Source: Deferribacterales bacterium (lineage in GTDB: Bacteria; Chrysiogenota; Deferribacteres; Deferribacterales; Geovibrionaceae). From it: a stretch of 64,000 nucleotides of DNA. The notes below the pieces were generated by a model. That model was given only the letters and a program-made list of their open reading frames with translations, was not told the DNA's origin and made no database searches. Below, piece by piece: positions 11,981 to 21,805 of the stretch. Numbering within the stretch: position 1 is the first letter of the stretch; the number at the start of each line of letters is the position of its first letter. The position numbers were made by a program, and so were the translations under genes. The stretch lies in the NCBI GenBank assembly GCA_050251945.1, contig JBFWLW010000004.1, positions 32,001 through 96,000 of the forward strand, read 5' to 3'.

Positions 11981-13000
11981 ATGTCGGAACTGAGATTTGA
12001 CCCTGTAAAAAAGATATGGTCTGTGATAGCCTCCGAGCGCAGCCGCAAACCGGAAGATTTTCTTGTTCGCAGGCTCACCACCCTTGAGAACCATGTGGAT
12101 TTCTGCCCGTTCTGCAAGGGAAACGAAGACAAGGCTGGAACAGAGATATTTTCACTGAGAGATGCGCATGGGCAATGGCTTACCCGCGTTGTGCCGAACA
12201 GATATCCGGCGTTCCGCATTGAAGGGGATCTGAAAAGGTTTGCCCACGGGATGTACGATTGCGTTTCGGGCATCGGCGCCCACGAGGTTGTCATAGAGAC
12301 ACCGAAACACCACATGAATATCGGCACCTATACAGATAAAGTGCTGACGAATGTGTTTTCAACTTTCAGAGAGCGCATCCTTGACCTCAAAAAGGATACA
12401 AGGTTCAGATATATAATGCCTTTTAAAAATTACGGAGTGCTTGCCGGCGGTAATATTGAGCATCCCCATTCCCAGATAATCGCACTTCCGGTTACGCCGG
12501 ACATAGTGAAAACAAAGCTTGCCTCCGCGCAGGAACATTACAGAAATAAAGAGCGCTGTATTTTTTGTGATATACTGAATCAGGAAAAGGACGAAGGAAC
12601 ACGCATCGTTTATGAAAATCAGGACTTTATCGCCTTTTGTCCGTTTGCTTCGTCTCTGCCTTTCGAGGTGTTGATATTCCCGAAACGGCATACGCATTGC
12701 TTTGAAAGAACTGACGATTCCGAAATGAGCGGGCTGGCGGATATAGTCCGCGAGGTTTTCGGCATGCTTTATAAATGTCTGGAGAATCCGCCGCTCAATA
12801 TGGTGGTGCATACTTCACCACCCGTGGTCAAAAGACCGTCACAGCCAAACTACTGGCAGAGCATTGAACAGGATTTCCACTGGCACATAGAGATAACGCC
12901 AAGACTTTCCGGAATCGCAGGGTTCGAGTCCGGAACAGGCTTCTACATCAATCCCGTGTCGCCCGAAAGCGCGGCGGGTTTTCTTAAAGGAGTGAACTGA
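11981..13000 (+). CDS. galT: GalT-family hexose-1-phosphate nucleotidyltransferase
   Basis: CPFC Zn motif, VPNRYP, HEVVIETP, catalytic HPHSQ. Confidence 0.88.
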   Translation: MSELRFDPVKKIWSVIASERSRKPEDFLVRRLTTLENHVDFCPFCKGNEDKAGTEIFSLRDAHGQWLTRVVPNRYPAFRIEGDLKRFAHGMYDCVSGIGAHEVVIETPKHHMNIGTYTDKVLTNVFSTFRERILDLKKDTRFRYIMPFKNYGVLAGGNIEHPHSQIIALPVTPDIVKTKLASAQEHYRNKERCIFCDILNQEKDEGTRIVYENQDFIAFCPFASSLPFEVLIFPKRHTHCFERTDDSEMSGLADIVREVFGMLYKCLENPPLNMVVHTSPPVVKRPSQPNYWQSIEQDFHWHIEITPRLSGIAGFESGTGFYINPVSPESAAGFLKGVN

Positions 13001-13004
13001 AAAT

Positions 13005-14432
13005 ATGATCGTTGCCCATATCACGAGTGAGGTTTATCCCTTTTCCAGAACAGGGATGCTTGGAGATTCCGTTTACGGGCTTGCCAAGTCGCAGGCTCAG
13101 CTTGGCGAGTGTATCCACGTCCTTTCGCCGATGTACACATCCGCAGGATGCTACGAACCTTACGAATGTCAGTTTGAGAGGTCTTTCAGCATTTTTTCAG
13201 CAGGAATGACCTACTCTTTCGACGTGTATACGGCGCAGGCAGACGGCGTTAAGTTTGTTTTTTTCCGCAACGATGATTTTTTCAACCGCAGATATATATA
13301 CGGCACGTCCAGCTATGACTATTCCGATAACGATATTCGTTTCGGCATGTTCTGTCTCGCGTGTTTGCAGTACCTCCGCGAAACAGCTCTCAATCCTGAT
13401 ATAATCCATTGCCACGAATGGCAGGCTGGGCTGGTTCCGGTGTATAAACACCTTTTCTATGAAGATATTAAAGCGAAAACCATCTTCACCATACACGACA
13501 TCACCTTTCAGGGGGTGTTCGGTAAGTTCTCAATACAGACCCTTGGTTTGCCGTGGGAGATGTATAATATTGAAGAACTTGAGTTTTACGAGAATATCAG
13601 CCTGCTTAAAGGCGGGGCGACACATTCGGATTTCATAACGCTTTTAAGCCCGACATATGCCAAAGAGGTGCAGACGGATGAGAATTCGTTTGGTCTCGGT
13701 TCGTTCATGGCTAAGTTTCAGGACAGGATAGAGGGTATTCTTGGCGGCGTGGACTACGAAAGATTTGACCCCGAAACTGATATCTTCATAAAAAAACGAT
13801 ACACTGCCGGAAGTGTTTCAGATAAACTTATTAATAAAGAGGATTTCCTCACGGAAACGGGGCTTTTGAATATAGAGAAACCTTTGTTTCTGGTGGAGAC
13901 GAAATTCACCGAACGGAAAGGTCTGGAGCTGATAGCCGACAGCGCGGACAAACTTGCTGAGATACAAGCGAATTTTGCTTTTCTCGGCTATGGTGAACCG
14001 AAATATTGTTCAAAATTTAAGGAAATAGCAAATAATTATGACAATATTTTCACATCCATCGGTATAAGTGAGGCTATGCTCCATAAAGCATACGCAGCGG
14101 CTGATTTTGTTTTGCGTCCGTCGCTTACGGAACCCTGCGGAAAAAGTCAGATCGTAGGGATGCGATACGGCGCACTGCCTGTTGTCAGACGTACCGGAGG
14201 GCTTATCGACACAGTTGTGGACATCAGCGAACCCGACGGTTACGGCTTTTTTATGGACGGATACAGTCGTCACGATTTGATAAAACAGATTAATAGAGCA
14301 GTGGATTTTTTCCAAAATAGAGATATATTGTATAAATATGCCGCCAAAGTTATGGGTTTTAATTTCTCATGGACAGAAACGGCGGAGAAATTTTTAGGGG
14401 TTTATCAGAGGATTCTTGGAGGCAACCGATGA
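13005..14432 (+). CDS. glgA: Glycogen/starch synthase (GT5), divergent
   Basis: SEVYPF, IIHCHEWQ, FTIHDITFQG, PSLTEPCG, VVRRTGGLIDTV; N-terminal KXGGL motif altered. Confidence 0.82.
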   Translation: MIVAHITSEVYPFSRTGMLGDSVYGLAKSQAQLGECIHVLSPMYTSAGCYEPYECQFERSFSIFSAGMTYSFDVYTAQADGVKFVFFRNDDFFNRRYIYGTSSYDYSDNDIRFGMFCLACLQYLRETALNPDIIHCHEWQAGLVPVYKHLFYEDIKAKTIFTIHDITFQGVFGKFSIQTLGLPWEMYNIEELEFYENISLLKGGATHSDFITLLSPTYAKEVQTDENSFGLGSFMAKFQDRIEGILGGVDYERFDPETDIFIKKRYTAGSVSDKLINKEDFLTETGLLNIEKPLFLVETKFTERKGLELIADSADKLAEIQANFAFLGYGEPKYCSKFKEIANNYDNIFTSIGISEAMLHKAYAAADFVLRPSLTEPCGKSQIVGMRYGALPVVRRTGGLIDTVVDISEPDGYGFFMDGYSRHDLIKQINRAVDFFQNRDILYKYAAKVMGFNFSWTETAEKFLGVYQRILGGNR

Positions 14433-15178
14433 AATTTAAAGAGATGAGCAAGGCGGAGCTATACGAAGTCGCCAAAAAATTCAATATCAGGAACAGAAGC
14501 GCGATGTCAAAGGATGAACTTGTCAAAGCCTTGTCCAAGTATGAGAAAACAGTGTCAAAAAGTGATGAACCCTCACGACAGACTGTTACCAGCCACATGC
14601 CGGAGCAGCCAAAACAGGAAGCTTATGTCCCGAAAAAGGAATATCCTGTTCCGGACAGATATAATATTGATACGATTGTTCTTCTTCCTGTAAACCCTAA
14701 AAAGGAATACGTCTACTGGGAAGTTTCCGACAAGACGGTTGACGGCTTTTGCTCCGAATACAATACGGTTGATCCGGTATTTATTCTGAAAGTTTATGCA
14801 GGGGAAGATGGTTCAGTTTCAGAACTTGCCAGTGTCCGCGTCGGTAAATACGGCAACTGGTATTTCGACCTCTACTGCCCCGGGCAAAGACTCTGGTCTG
14901 AAATAGGAATGCTTGACTCAACAGGCACTTACCATATGATCTCCGCTTCCAAGAAGATACTGATGCCCGCAGACAGAATAAGCGACCTCATCGACGAGGA
15001 AACGTGGATGACAGTCGGCGAGAACATTGAGAAGATATACACCCTTTCAGGCGTTACAGATATGCAGAAAGAAGAGCTTCTTTCAAGTGCGAGAATGCAC
15101 TCTGAGCTTTTCAAAAAATTACACAAAGCTGAGGGCGGAATGTCCTCTTCGACACTTGCACGCAAAGGCGGTGAATGA
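14429..15178 (+). CDS. DUF4912-like protein with Rho N-terminal-like helical domain
   Basis: KAELYEVAKKFNIRNRSAMSKDELV; IVLLPVNPKKEYVYWE; typical neighbour of GH57 branching enzymes. Confidence 0.75.
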   Translation: MKFKEMSKAELYEVAKKFNIRNRSAMSKDELVKALSKYEKTVSKSDEPSRQTVTSHMPEQPKQEAYVPKKEYPVPDRYNIDTIVLLPVNPKKEYVYWEVSDKTVDGFCSEYNTVDPVFILKVYAGEDGSVSELASVRVGKYGNWYFDLYCPGQRLWSEIGMLDSTGTYHMISASKKILMPADRISDLIDEETWMTVGENIEKIYTLSGVTDMQKEELLSSARMHSELFKKLHKAEGGMSSSTLARKGGE

Positions 15179-16755
15179 TGCCGAAAGGTTACTGGATGCT
15201 GGTGCTCCACTCGCACCTGCCATTCGTTAAGCATCCTGAATATGAATATTTCCTTGAAGAGCAATGGTTTTATGAGGCGATATCAGAAACGTATCTTCCA
15301 ATTTTGAAATATATGAAGCGGATGGAGGACGAGGGCGTCCACTTCCGTTTTGCTGTGTCCGTTACACCGCCGCTGGCGGAGATGATGTGCGATCCGCTCC
15401 TTATGGGCAGATACGAACAGCATCTGGACAAGCTTATAGAACTTTCGGAAAAAGAGATAATCCGCACGAAAGGCACCTGTTTCGAGCATCTTGCGCTTAT
15501 GTACAGGGACCGCTTCAAAGACCTTCGTGATTTTTATTACGGGTGGCTGGGCAGAAGCCTTATCAACGGATATAAGCACTTTCTTGAAAAGGGATATATC
15601 GACGTTATTACTTGCGGATTCACACACGGGTTCCTCCCGCTTCTGAATAACACCACTAACGCCGTGCGCGCACAGGTTGAGCTTGCGGTGCGCAGCCATA
15701 CGGAAAAGTTCGGACAGCCCCCCAAAGGGATATGGCTGCCGGAATGTGCATATTTTGACGGACTTGACGCAGTGCTTGCTGAATACGGGATACGGTATTT
15801 CTTCGTTGACACTCACGGTGTTCTCTATGCGAAGCCGAGACCCAGATTCGGCGTTTACGCACCCGTCTACACCGAGAGCGGTGTTGCCGCTTTCGGACGT
15901 GACTACTATTCCTCTAAACAGGTATGGAGTTCAAAAGAAGGCTACCCCGGCGACGAGTATTACAGAGATTTCTACCGTGACATTGGTTACGACCTTGATC
16001 ACGAATATATAAAACCATATATCAGCCCCGACGGTGAACGTGTGTTTACAGGGCTGAAATACCACAGGATAACCGGCGATTCGGACTATAAAGAGTTCTA
16101 TCAGCCGGAGATCGCCTCCCAAAAGACCGTTGAACATGCGAAACACTTCGTTCGCGGAAGAGAAAAGCAGGTTGAGGAGATAGCGGAGCTTATCGACCGC
16201 AAACCGATGGTGGTTTCTCCTTACGATGCGGAGCTTTTCGGTCACTGGTGGTTCGAGGGTCCCGAATTTTTGTATAATGTATTCAAAGAGATGGATAAAT
16301 CGGATGTTGTGAAGGCTTTTACGCCGCTTGAATATCTGAACGAATACCCGACGAATCAGGTTGTTAAGGTGAACCCGTCGTCATGGGGTGATAAAGGCTA
16401 TTACGACGTGTGGCTGAATCAGGGCAACGACTGGATATACAAACACCTGCATTTTATGTCCGACAGCATGGTGAATCTGGCGAAATATCACCATAATACG
16501 GACGACGATGCAGTCCGCAGATGCCTGAACCAGATGTCGCGGGAGCTTTTCCTTGCACAGTCAAGCGACTGGGCATTCCTGATAACCACGGGTACTGCCA
16601 TTGAATACGCAGTTCAGCGCACGAAGGAACACATCTATAATTTCCTGCGGCTGAAAGAGATGGTTGAAAACAGAGATTTCGATTTCGCCTTTTTGGGGGC
16701 GGTGGAAAATAAAAACAGCATATTCCAGTCGATGGATTTCAGAATTTACTGCTAG
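15175..16755 (+). CDS. GH57 1,4-alpha-glucan branching enzyme
   Basis: LHSHLPFV, GIWLPECAY, PYDAELFGHWWFEG, LAQSSDWAF. Confidence 0.92.
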   Translation: MMPKGYWMLVLHSHLPFVKHPEYEYFLEEQWFYEAISETYLPILKYMKRMEDEGVHFRFAVSVTPPLAEMMCDPLLMGRYEQHLDKLIELSEKEIIRTKGTCFEHLALMYRDRFKDLRDFYYGWLGRSLINGYKHFLEKGYIDVITCGFTHGFLPLLNNTTNAVRAQVELAVRSHTEKFGQPPKGIWLPECAYFDGLDAVLAEYGIRYFFVDTHGVLYAKPRPRFGVYAPVYTESGVAAFGRDYYSSKQVWSSKEGYPGDEYYRDFYRDIGYDLDHEYIKPYISPDGERVFTGLKYHRITGDSDYKEFYQPEIASQKTVEHAKHFVRGREKQVEEIAELIDRKPMVVSPYDAELFGHWWFEGPEFLYNVFKEMDKSDVVKAFTPLEYLNEYPTNQVVKVNPSSWGDKGYYDVWLNQGNDWIYKHLHFMSDSMVNLAKYHHNTDDDAVRRCLNQMSRELFLAQSSDWAFLITTGTAIEYAVQRTKEHIYNFLRLKEMVENRDFDFAFLGAVENKNSIFQSMDFRIYC

Positions 16756-16766
16756 GAGGAGACGGT

Positions 16767-17288
16767 ATGATTAGTAAAAAAATGACTAAGGCGCTCAACA
16801 AACAGCTCAATTTTGAGCTTTATTCCGCATATGTGTATCTTGCCATGGCGGCGAATTCCAACACTATGGGACTTAAGGGATTTTCCAACTGGTTCCACGT
16901 TCAGTTTCAGGAAGAGCTGTTCCACGCGGACAGATTTTACAACTACATTCTGGATCAGGACGGCGAAGTTGAGCTTGAGCAGATAGAAAAACCGAAGAAA
17001 GAATATAAAGATGCATACGAGCTTTTCGATGAGACGCTCACGCACGAAAGAGAAGTCACAAAAAGAATTTACGAGCTTGCTTCACTTGCGCTGGACGAAA
17101 AGGATCACGGAACTCACAGCTGGCTTCAGTGGTTCATCACGGAACAGCAGGAGGAAGAGGCGAACGTCAAGGATATTAAGGACAAGCTGAAACTGGCGGG
17201 AAGCACCGGACAGGGGCTTTTCATGATAAACGCCGAACTTGCAACAAGGGTCTACGTTCAGCCCACGGTTCCCGGCTCACAGGCGTAA
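16767..17288 (+). CDS. ftnA: Non-heme ferritin
   Basis: LNKQLNFELYSAYVY, QEELFHA, LQWFITEQQEEE ferroxidase residues. Confidence 0.92.
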   Translation: MISKKMTKALNKQLNFELYSAYVYLAMAANSNTMGLKGFSNWFHVQFQEELFHADRFYNYILDQDGEVELEQIEKPKKEYKDAYELFDETLTHEREVTKRIYELASLALDEKDHGTHSWLQWFITEQQEEEANVKDIKDKLKLAGSTGQGLFMINAELATRVYVQPTVPGSQA

Positions 17289-17300
17289 TAAAAAATTAAT

Positions 17301-17358
17301 GAGATCGCCGCGTCGCTGACGCTCCTCGCGAAGACGGTCAGACTGACGCGGAGGTCTC
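17301..17358. repeat. REP-like element, family A copy 3 (second half degenerate), between convergent genes
   Basis: GAGATCGCCGCGTCGCTGACGCTCCTCGCGAAGAC. Confidence 0.75.
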
Positions 17359-17365
17359 GTATTTA

Positions 17366-18310
17366 TTAATTGAACAGTCCTGAACTCAGGTATCTTTCGC
17401 CTGAGTCGGGCAGTATCACGACAATGTTTTTTCCTTCAAGCCCCATCTCGTCCGCGGCATTAATTGCGGCGGCGACAGCGGCGCCTGATGAAATTCCGCA
17501 GATTATCCTTTCGTCCTTTGCCATCATTCTGGAATAGTCCAGTGCGACGGAATCTTCCACTGTTTCCATGCGGTCGAGTATTTTAAGGTCGAGCGTTTCG
17601 GGTATGAACCCTGCACCGATGCCCTGTATCCCGTGGGGACCGGGTTTCAGCTTTTCACCTTTAAGCTTCTGGCTGATAACGGGGCTTTTGGACGGTTCAA
17701 CGCCGACAATGATAACGTTCTTGCCCGCGCGCTCCTTCAGAAATCTTCCGATCCCAGTTATGGTACCGCCTGTACCGATGGATGAAACCACTACGTCAAC
17801 GCATCCGTCAGTGTCTCTGAGTATTTCGGGACCGGTTGTCCTTTCATGAACCAGAGGGTTGTACGGGTTGCGGAACTGATTGGCAAGATAGTATTTTTCA
17901 GGGTTTTCCGCGAGCATCCTGTCTGCTTCGGCAACGGCTCCTGCCATGCCTTTTGCACCGTCTGTAAGGATGAGCTTAGCGCCGAATGCCTTCATCATCA
18001 TTCGCCTTTCAAGGCTCATGTTGTCAGGCATCACAATGACGACCTCATAACCCAGCGCCGCGCCGGCGAACGCAAGACCTATGCCTGTGTTGCCGCTGGT
18101 CGCTTCCAGAACGGACATGCCGGACTTAATCTCTCCGTTTTTTATTGCTTCGTTAAAGATGAATGCACCTACTCTGCATTTAACAGAATATGCGGGGTTG
18201 CGCCCTTCAACTTTGACAAGGATATTATTTTTTTCGGAACCCTTTATCTTGTTCAGTTTTATCAGCGGGGTTTCGCCTATGGCAAGGGTGTTGTTGTCAA
18301 AGACCCTCAT
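17366..18310 (-). CDS. cysK: Cysteine synthase
   Basis: NPAYSVKCR PLP lysine, ATSGNTGIG, GTGGT, HGIQGIGAGF, PDSGERYLS. Confidence 0.95.
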   Translation of the reverse strand: MRVFDNNTLAIGETPLIKLNKIKGSEKNNILVKVEGRNPAYSVKCRVGAFIFNEAIKNGEIKSGMSVLEATSGNTGIGLAFAGAALGYEVVIVMPDNMSLERRMMMKAFGAKLILTDGAKGMAGAVAEADRMLAENPEKYYLANQFRNPYNPLVHERTTGPEILRDTDGCVDVVVSSIGTGGTITGIGRFLKERAGKNVIIVGVEPSKSPVISQKLKGEKLKPGPHGIQGIGAGFIPETLDLKILDRMETVEDSVALDYSRMMAKDERIICGISSGAAVAAAINAADEMGLEGKNIVVILPDSGERYLSSGLFN

Positions 18311-18510
18311 GCCACTCCGAATCCTTCTTCTTTAATAGCTGATGTAATTGAAGATTCGTCAATTGAATCCTCAAATTTAACTGTTGCTGTACCTTTTTCG
18401 AGATTTACGTCACAAGACTGAACGCCGTCAAGCTCTGAAACAGCCTCTGTAACTGTCATAACGCAATGTTTGCACTTCATTCCTGATACGTTGAAAACTT
18501 TTTCTTTCAT
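18307..18510 (-). CDS. copZ: Heavy-metal-associated (CopZ-like) chaperone
   Basis: GMKCKHC metal-binding motif, 67 aa. Confidence 0.85.
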   Translation of the reverse strand: MKEKVFNVSGMKCKHCVMTVTEAVSELDGVQSCDVNLEKGTATVKFEDSIDESSITSAIKEEGFGVA

Positions 18511-18635
18511 TGAAAACCTCCGTATGACCGGGCGTTATTGTCCGCCTTAGTTGACAATTTCCTCCATTTCTTATATTTTTGCAATACAAAACAAAATAAG
18601 AGATATATTATTTTGCCTATATAAGGGGGTTTATC

Positions 18636-19562
18636 ATGGCAAAAGTTCAGAGCCTGAACATAAGCAGGGAAAAGGGCGTTAAGAAAACGCCGGTGGACAG
18701 TGTTGAACTTATTACCGATTTCGGTATTAAGGATGACGCGCACGCGGGAAAGTGGCACAGACAGGTGAGCCTGCTTGCCACGGAAAGCATACAGAAGATG
18801 AAAGACAAAGGGCTTAACGTTGACAGCGGCGACTTTGCAGAGAACATCACAACCGAAGGCGTGGATCTTCTGAGCCTTGCCGTCGGTGACACATGTATGC
18901 TCGGCGGTGTTGAGCTTACCATCAGTCAGCTCGGAAAGCTCTGTCACCACAGATGCGCTGTGTATTACGCCGCAGGCGACTGCGTTATGCCGCGCGAAGG
19001 TATCTTCGGTGTCGTACGCAATGACGGAAAAGTTAAAGTGGGCGACGAAGTCACCGTTTCCCGCAAAAAAGGACTCTCCGTATGCGTAATAACACTCAGC
19101 GACAAGGGAAGCAAAGGCGAGCGTGTTGACGAGACAGGACCCGCTGTTGTTGAGATGCTCAATGACAGACTGGACGTTTGCTTCACCAGAACGGAAGTTA
19201 TGGCGGACGAGCAGAAAGGGCTTGAAGAAGCTCTTAAGTATATGTGCGATCTCCAGAAGTTCGACCTTGTGGTCACAAACGGCTCAACGGGCGTTTCGCC
19301 CCGCGACATAGCTCCCGACGCAACGCTGAACGTTATTGAAAGACGTTTGCCGGGGTTTGAAGAGGCTATGCGCATGAAGAGCTTTGAAAAAACCAATCGC
19401 GCACTTATCAGCCGCGCCGTCGCGGGCGTACGCGGAAACACGCTTATAATAAACGTACCCGGCAGCCCCAAAGGCGCTGTGGAGAATCTTGACGTCGTCC
19501 TCGACGCTGTTCCCCACTGCATCGAAAAACTGCAAGGGTCACAGGCGGACTGCGCCCAGTGA
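18636..19562 (+). CDS. MOSC domain fused to MogA/MoaB molybdopterin adenylyltransferase domain
   Basis: DAHAGKWHRQVSLL, FAENITTEG, CVMPREG; C-terminal GSTGVSPRDIAP, NVPGSPKG. Confidence 0.9.
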   Translation: MAKVQSLNISREKGVKKTPVDSVELITDFGIKDDAHAGKWHRQVSLLATESIQKMKDKGLNVDSGDFAENITTEGVDLLSLAVGDTCMLGGVELTISQLGKLCHHRCAVYYAAGDCVMPREGIFGVVRNDGKVKVGDEVTVSRKKGLSVCVITLSDKGSKGERVDETGPAVVEMLNDRLDVCFTRTEVMADEQKGLEEALKYMCDLQKFDLVVTNGSTGVSPRDIAPDATLNVIERRLPGFEEAMRMKSFEKTNRALISRAVAGVRGNTLIINVPGSPKGAVENLDVVLDAVPHCIEKLQGSQADCAQ

Positions 19563-20194
19563 AGGACTACCCGCTCTACATAGCCCTCGACGGAATTGAC
19601 GGCTGCGGCAAGACAACTCTGTCACAGGGAATTTACAAAGAATTTATGAAGCTCGGCAGGCGGGTGAAACTCACCCGCGAGCCGGGCGGTACCGAGGTGG
19701 GAATACTGCTGCGCCAGCTGCTGGTGAACCAGAAGTTCTCACTTGAACCGGAGACGGAGCTTATGCTCTATTGTGCGGACAGGCTTGAACACCAGACAAA
19801 GCTTGTTCTGCCGAACCTTGAGGCGGGCAGGGACGTCATAAGCGACAGATTTCTGTCTTCGACCTATGCATATCAGATATTCGGACGGGGGCTGGATAAG
19901 CCGTTTCTGGATTTTCTGAGCGGGCACAGCGTAAAGAGAATGCCTGACATCACTTTTATAATCGACATAGACCCGAAGACCGCTCTCGACAGGGCAGTTG
20001 CAAGGCTTAAACGGGAAGGCATGATGCAGGACGAGGGCAAGTTCGAGTCGCTGGGGACGGAGTTTTACGAAAAAGTACACGAGGGATTTGTCTGGTATGC
20101 GGACACCCACGAGAACGTCTGGACGATAAACGGAATGCAGGCTCCCGAAGCCGTGCTTTCCGATGTTATTGCTATATTGGATAATTTTATATGA
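19559..20194 (+). CDS. tmk: Thymidylate kinase
   Basis: DGIDGCGKTT P-loop, TREPGG, ISDRF. Confidence 0.95.
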   Translation: MKDYPLYIALDGIDGCGKTTLSQGIYKEFMKLGRRVKLTREPGGTEVGILLRQLLVNQKFSLEPETELMLYCADRLEHQTKLVLPNLEAGRDVISDRFLSSTYAYQIFGRGLDKPFLDFLSGHSVKRMPDITFIIDIDPKTALDRAVARLKREGMMQDEGKFESLGTEFYEKVHEGFVWYADTHENVWTINGMQAPEAVLSDVIAILDNFI

Positions 20195-21069
20195 ACATAA
20201 CGGGGCATGAAAGAGAGAAGGAGATATTCGGACGGGTTTTAAAAGAGAACAGGCTCCATCATGCCTATATTCTGAGCGGGCGGGACGGTATCGGCAAAAA
20301 GCTTTTCGCAAAGGAACTTGCGAAGGCTCTGCTGTGCGAGAACGGTTCGTTCATGGAAAACTGTAAATGCCGCCACTGCTCTCTTGCAGACGCCGGTTCA
20401 CATCCTGACATACACATCATAGAGGAAACGCCGCTGAAGATTGACAAAGCGCGCGAGATATCCTCTAATGCCTTTATGACGCCCCTTTCGGCATCGAGAA
20501 AGGTTTATATAATCGACAGTGCGGACACTTTCGGTCTGGAGGCGGCGAACGCCCTGCTCAAGACCCTTGAGGAACCGCCGGAAGATACGCATTTTTTCCT
20601 TATTACATCGAGATATTCGCAGGTTCTGCATACCATCAGGTCTAGATGTATAAACATCGGCTTCGGTGTGCTTACAGATGTTGAGATGACAAACGTCGTC
20701 CGCCAACACTCTCAGAAAACCGACGAAGAGATAGATAAAGCTGTTTCCATAAGCTCCGGTTCTGCCGGATACGCTCTCTACCTGCTGGAAAGCATGGAAA
20801 AACAGCCGGAATTCAATAGCAGGCTGAACCCTGTGGAACTGTTTTATGAGATAGAATCGCTGGACGACAAGGACAAGATTCGTGCATACTGTGCATCGCT
20901 GTACGGATATCTTCTTGAAAGGTATAAGAAAACCGGTAGCGAAACTATGCTCGCATTTTCTAACTATTTGCTGGATATTTTGAAAAGGCTTGAGTATAAT
21001 GTCAGTTTAGACATATTCAGGTTTGACCTGTACATAAAAACTGTTGAGGTACTTAGTGAAAAAAGTTAA
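20191..21069 (+). CDS. holB: DNA polymerase III delta' subunit
   Basis: HAYILSGRDGIGK, Zn cluster, AANALLKTLEEPP, TIRSRC; follows tmk. Confidence 0.92.
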   Translation: MNITGHEREKEIFGRVLKENRLHHAYILSGRDGIGKKLFAKELAKALLCENGSFMENCKCRHCSLADAGSHPDIHIIEETPLKIDKAREISSNAFMTPLSASRKVYIIDSADTFGLEAANALLKTLEEPPEDTHFFLITSRYSQVLHTIRSRCINIGFGVLTDVEMTNVVRQHSQKTDEEIDKAVSISSGSAGYALYLLESMEKQPEFNSRLNPVELFYEIESLDDKDKIRAYCASLYGYLLERYKKTGSETMLAFSNYLLDILKRLEYNVSLDIFRFDLYIKTVEVLSEKS

Positions 21070-21805
21070 TGCCATTGGCGTGGCGTTCAAGCCCGCGGGC
21101 AAGATATATGATTTCCTCTCCTGTGGGGTAGAGGCGCGATTTGGAGAAAAAGTTATAGTTGAAACTGAAAAGGGCGAGGATATGGCAAACGTCATTCATT
21201 CCGCCCGTGACATAGAAGTTGACGACAAAGCTGAAATGAAAAACGTTATCCGCAAGGCTACCATGGCGGATTTTGAACAGAAAAAACTGAACACGGCGGA
21301 TGAGCCTGCGGCTTTTAAAGCCTGTAAGGAATTCGTGGTTCAGCATAATCTGGATATGAAGCTTCTTAAGGCGGAATATACTCTGGACAGAAGCAAGCTG
21401 ACATTCTTCTTCACTGCCGACGGCAGGATAGATTTCCGCCAGCTTGTCCGTGACCTTGCGCGGGTGTTTCGCACCCGCATCGAAATGCGTCAGGTCGGCG
21501 TTCGCGATGCCACCAAAATGATAGGCGGATTCGGACTTTGCGGAAAAGAATTCTGCTGTTCAACGTTCCTCAGAAAATTTGATAATATTTCAATAAAAAT
21601 GGCGAAAGACCAGAACCTTATCCTTAACCCCACGAAGATATCAGGGGTTTGCGGAAGGCTCATGTGCTGTCTGATGTATGAGAAGGACGCATATGACGGC
21701 GACATCGTTTCCTGTGCGGGATGCCGCAAAGAGGAGATGATGGACGGCGACGACATGGTACGCCTTAAAGACCTGCTTGACGATCATTCCGGAGGAGACA
21801 TATGA
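21056..21805 (+). CDS. yaaT: PSP1-domain YaaT/RicT family protein
   Basis: FTADGRIDFRQLV, RIEMRQVGVRD, CGKEFCC, SGVCGRLMCC. Confidence 0.9.
   Translation: MKKVNAIGVAFKPAGKIYDFLSCGVEARFGEKVIVETEKGEDMANVIHSARDIEVDDKAEMKNVIRKATMADFEQKKLNTADEPAAFKACKEFVVQHNLDMKLLKAEYTLDRSKLTFFFTADGRIDFRQLVRDLARVFRTRIEMRQVGVRDATKMIGGFGLCGKEFCCSTFLRKFDNISIKMAKDQNLILNPTKISGVCGRLMCCLMYEKDAYDGDIVSCAGCRKEEMMDGDDMVRLKDLLDDHSGGDI

Noticed and set aside
18636..19562. MOSC-MogA fusion as a novelty
   Set aside because: A known arrangement in anaerobe molybdenum cofactor genes.
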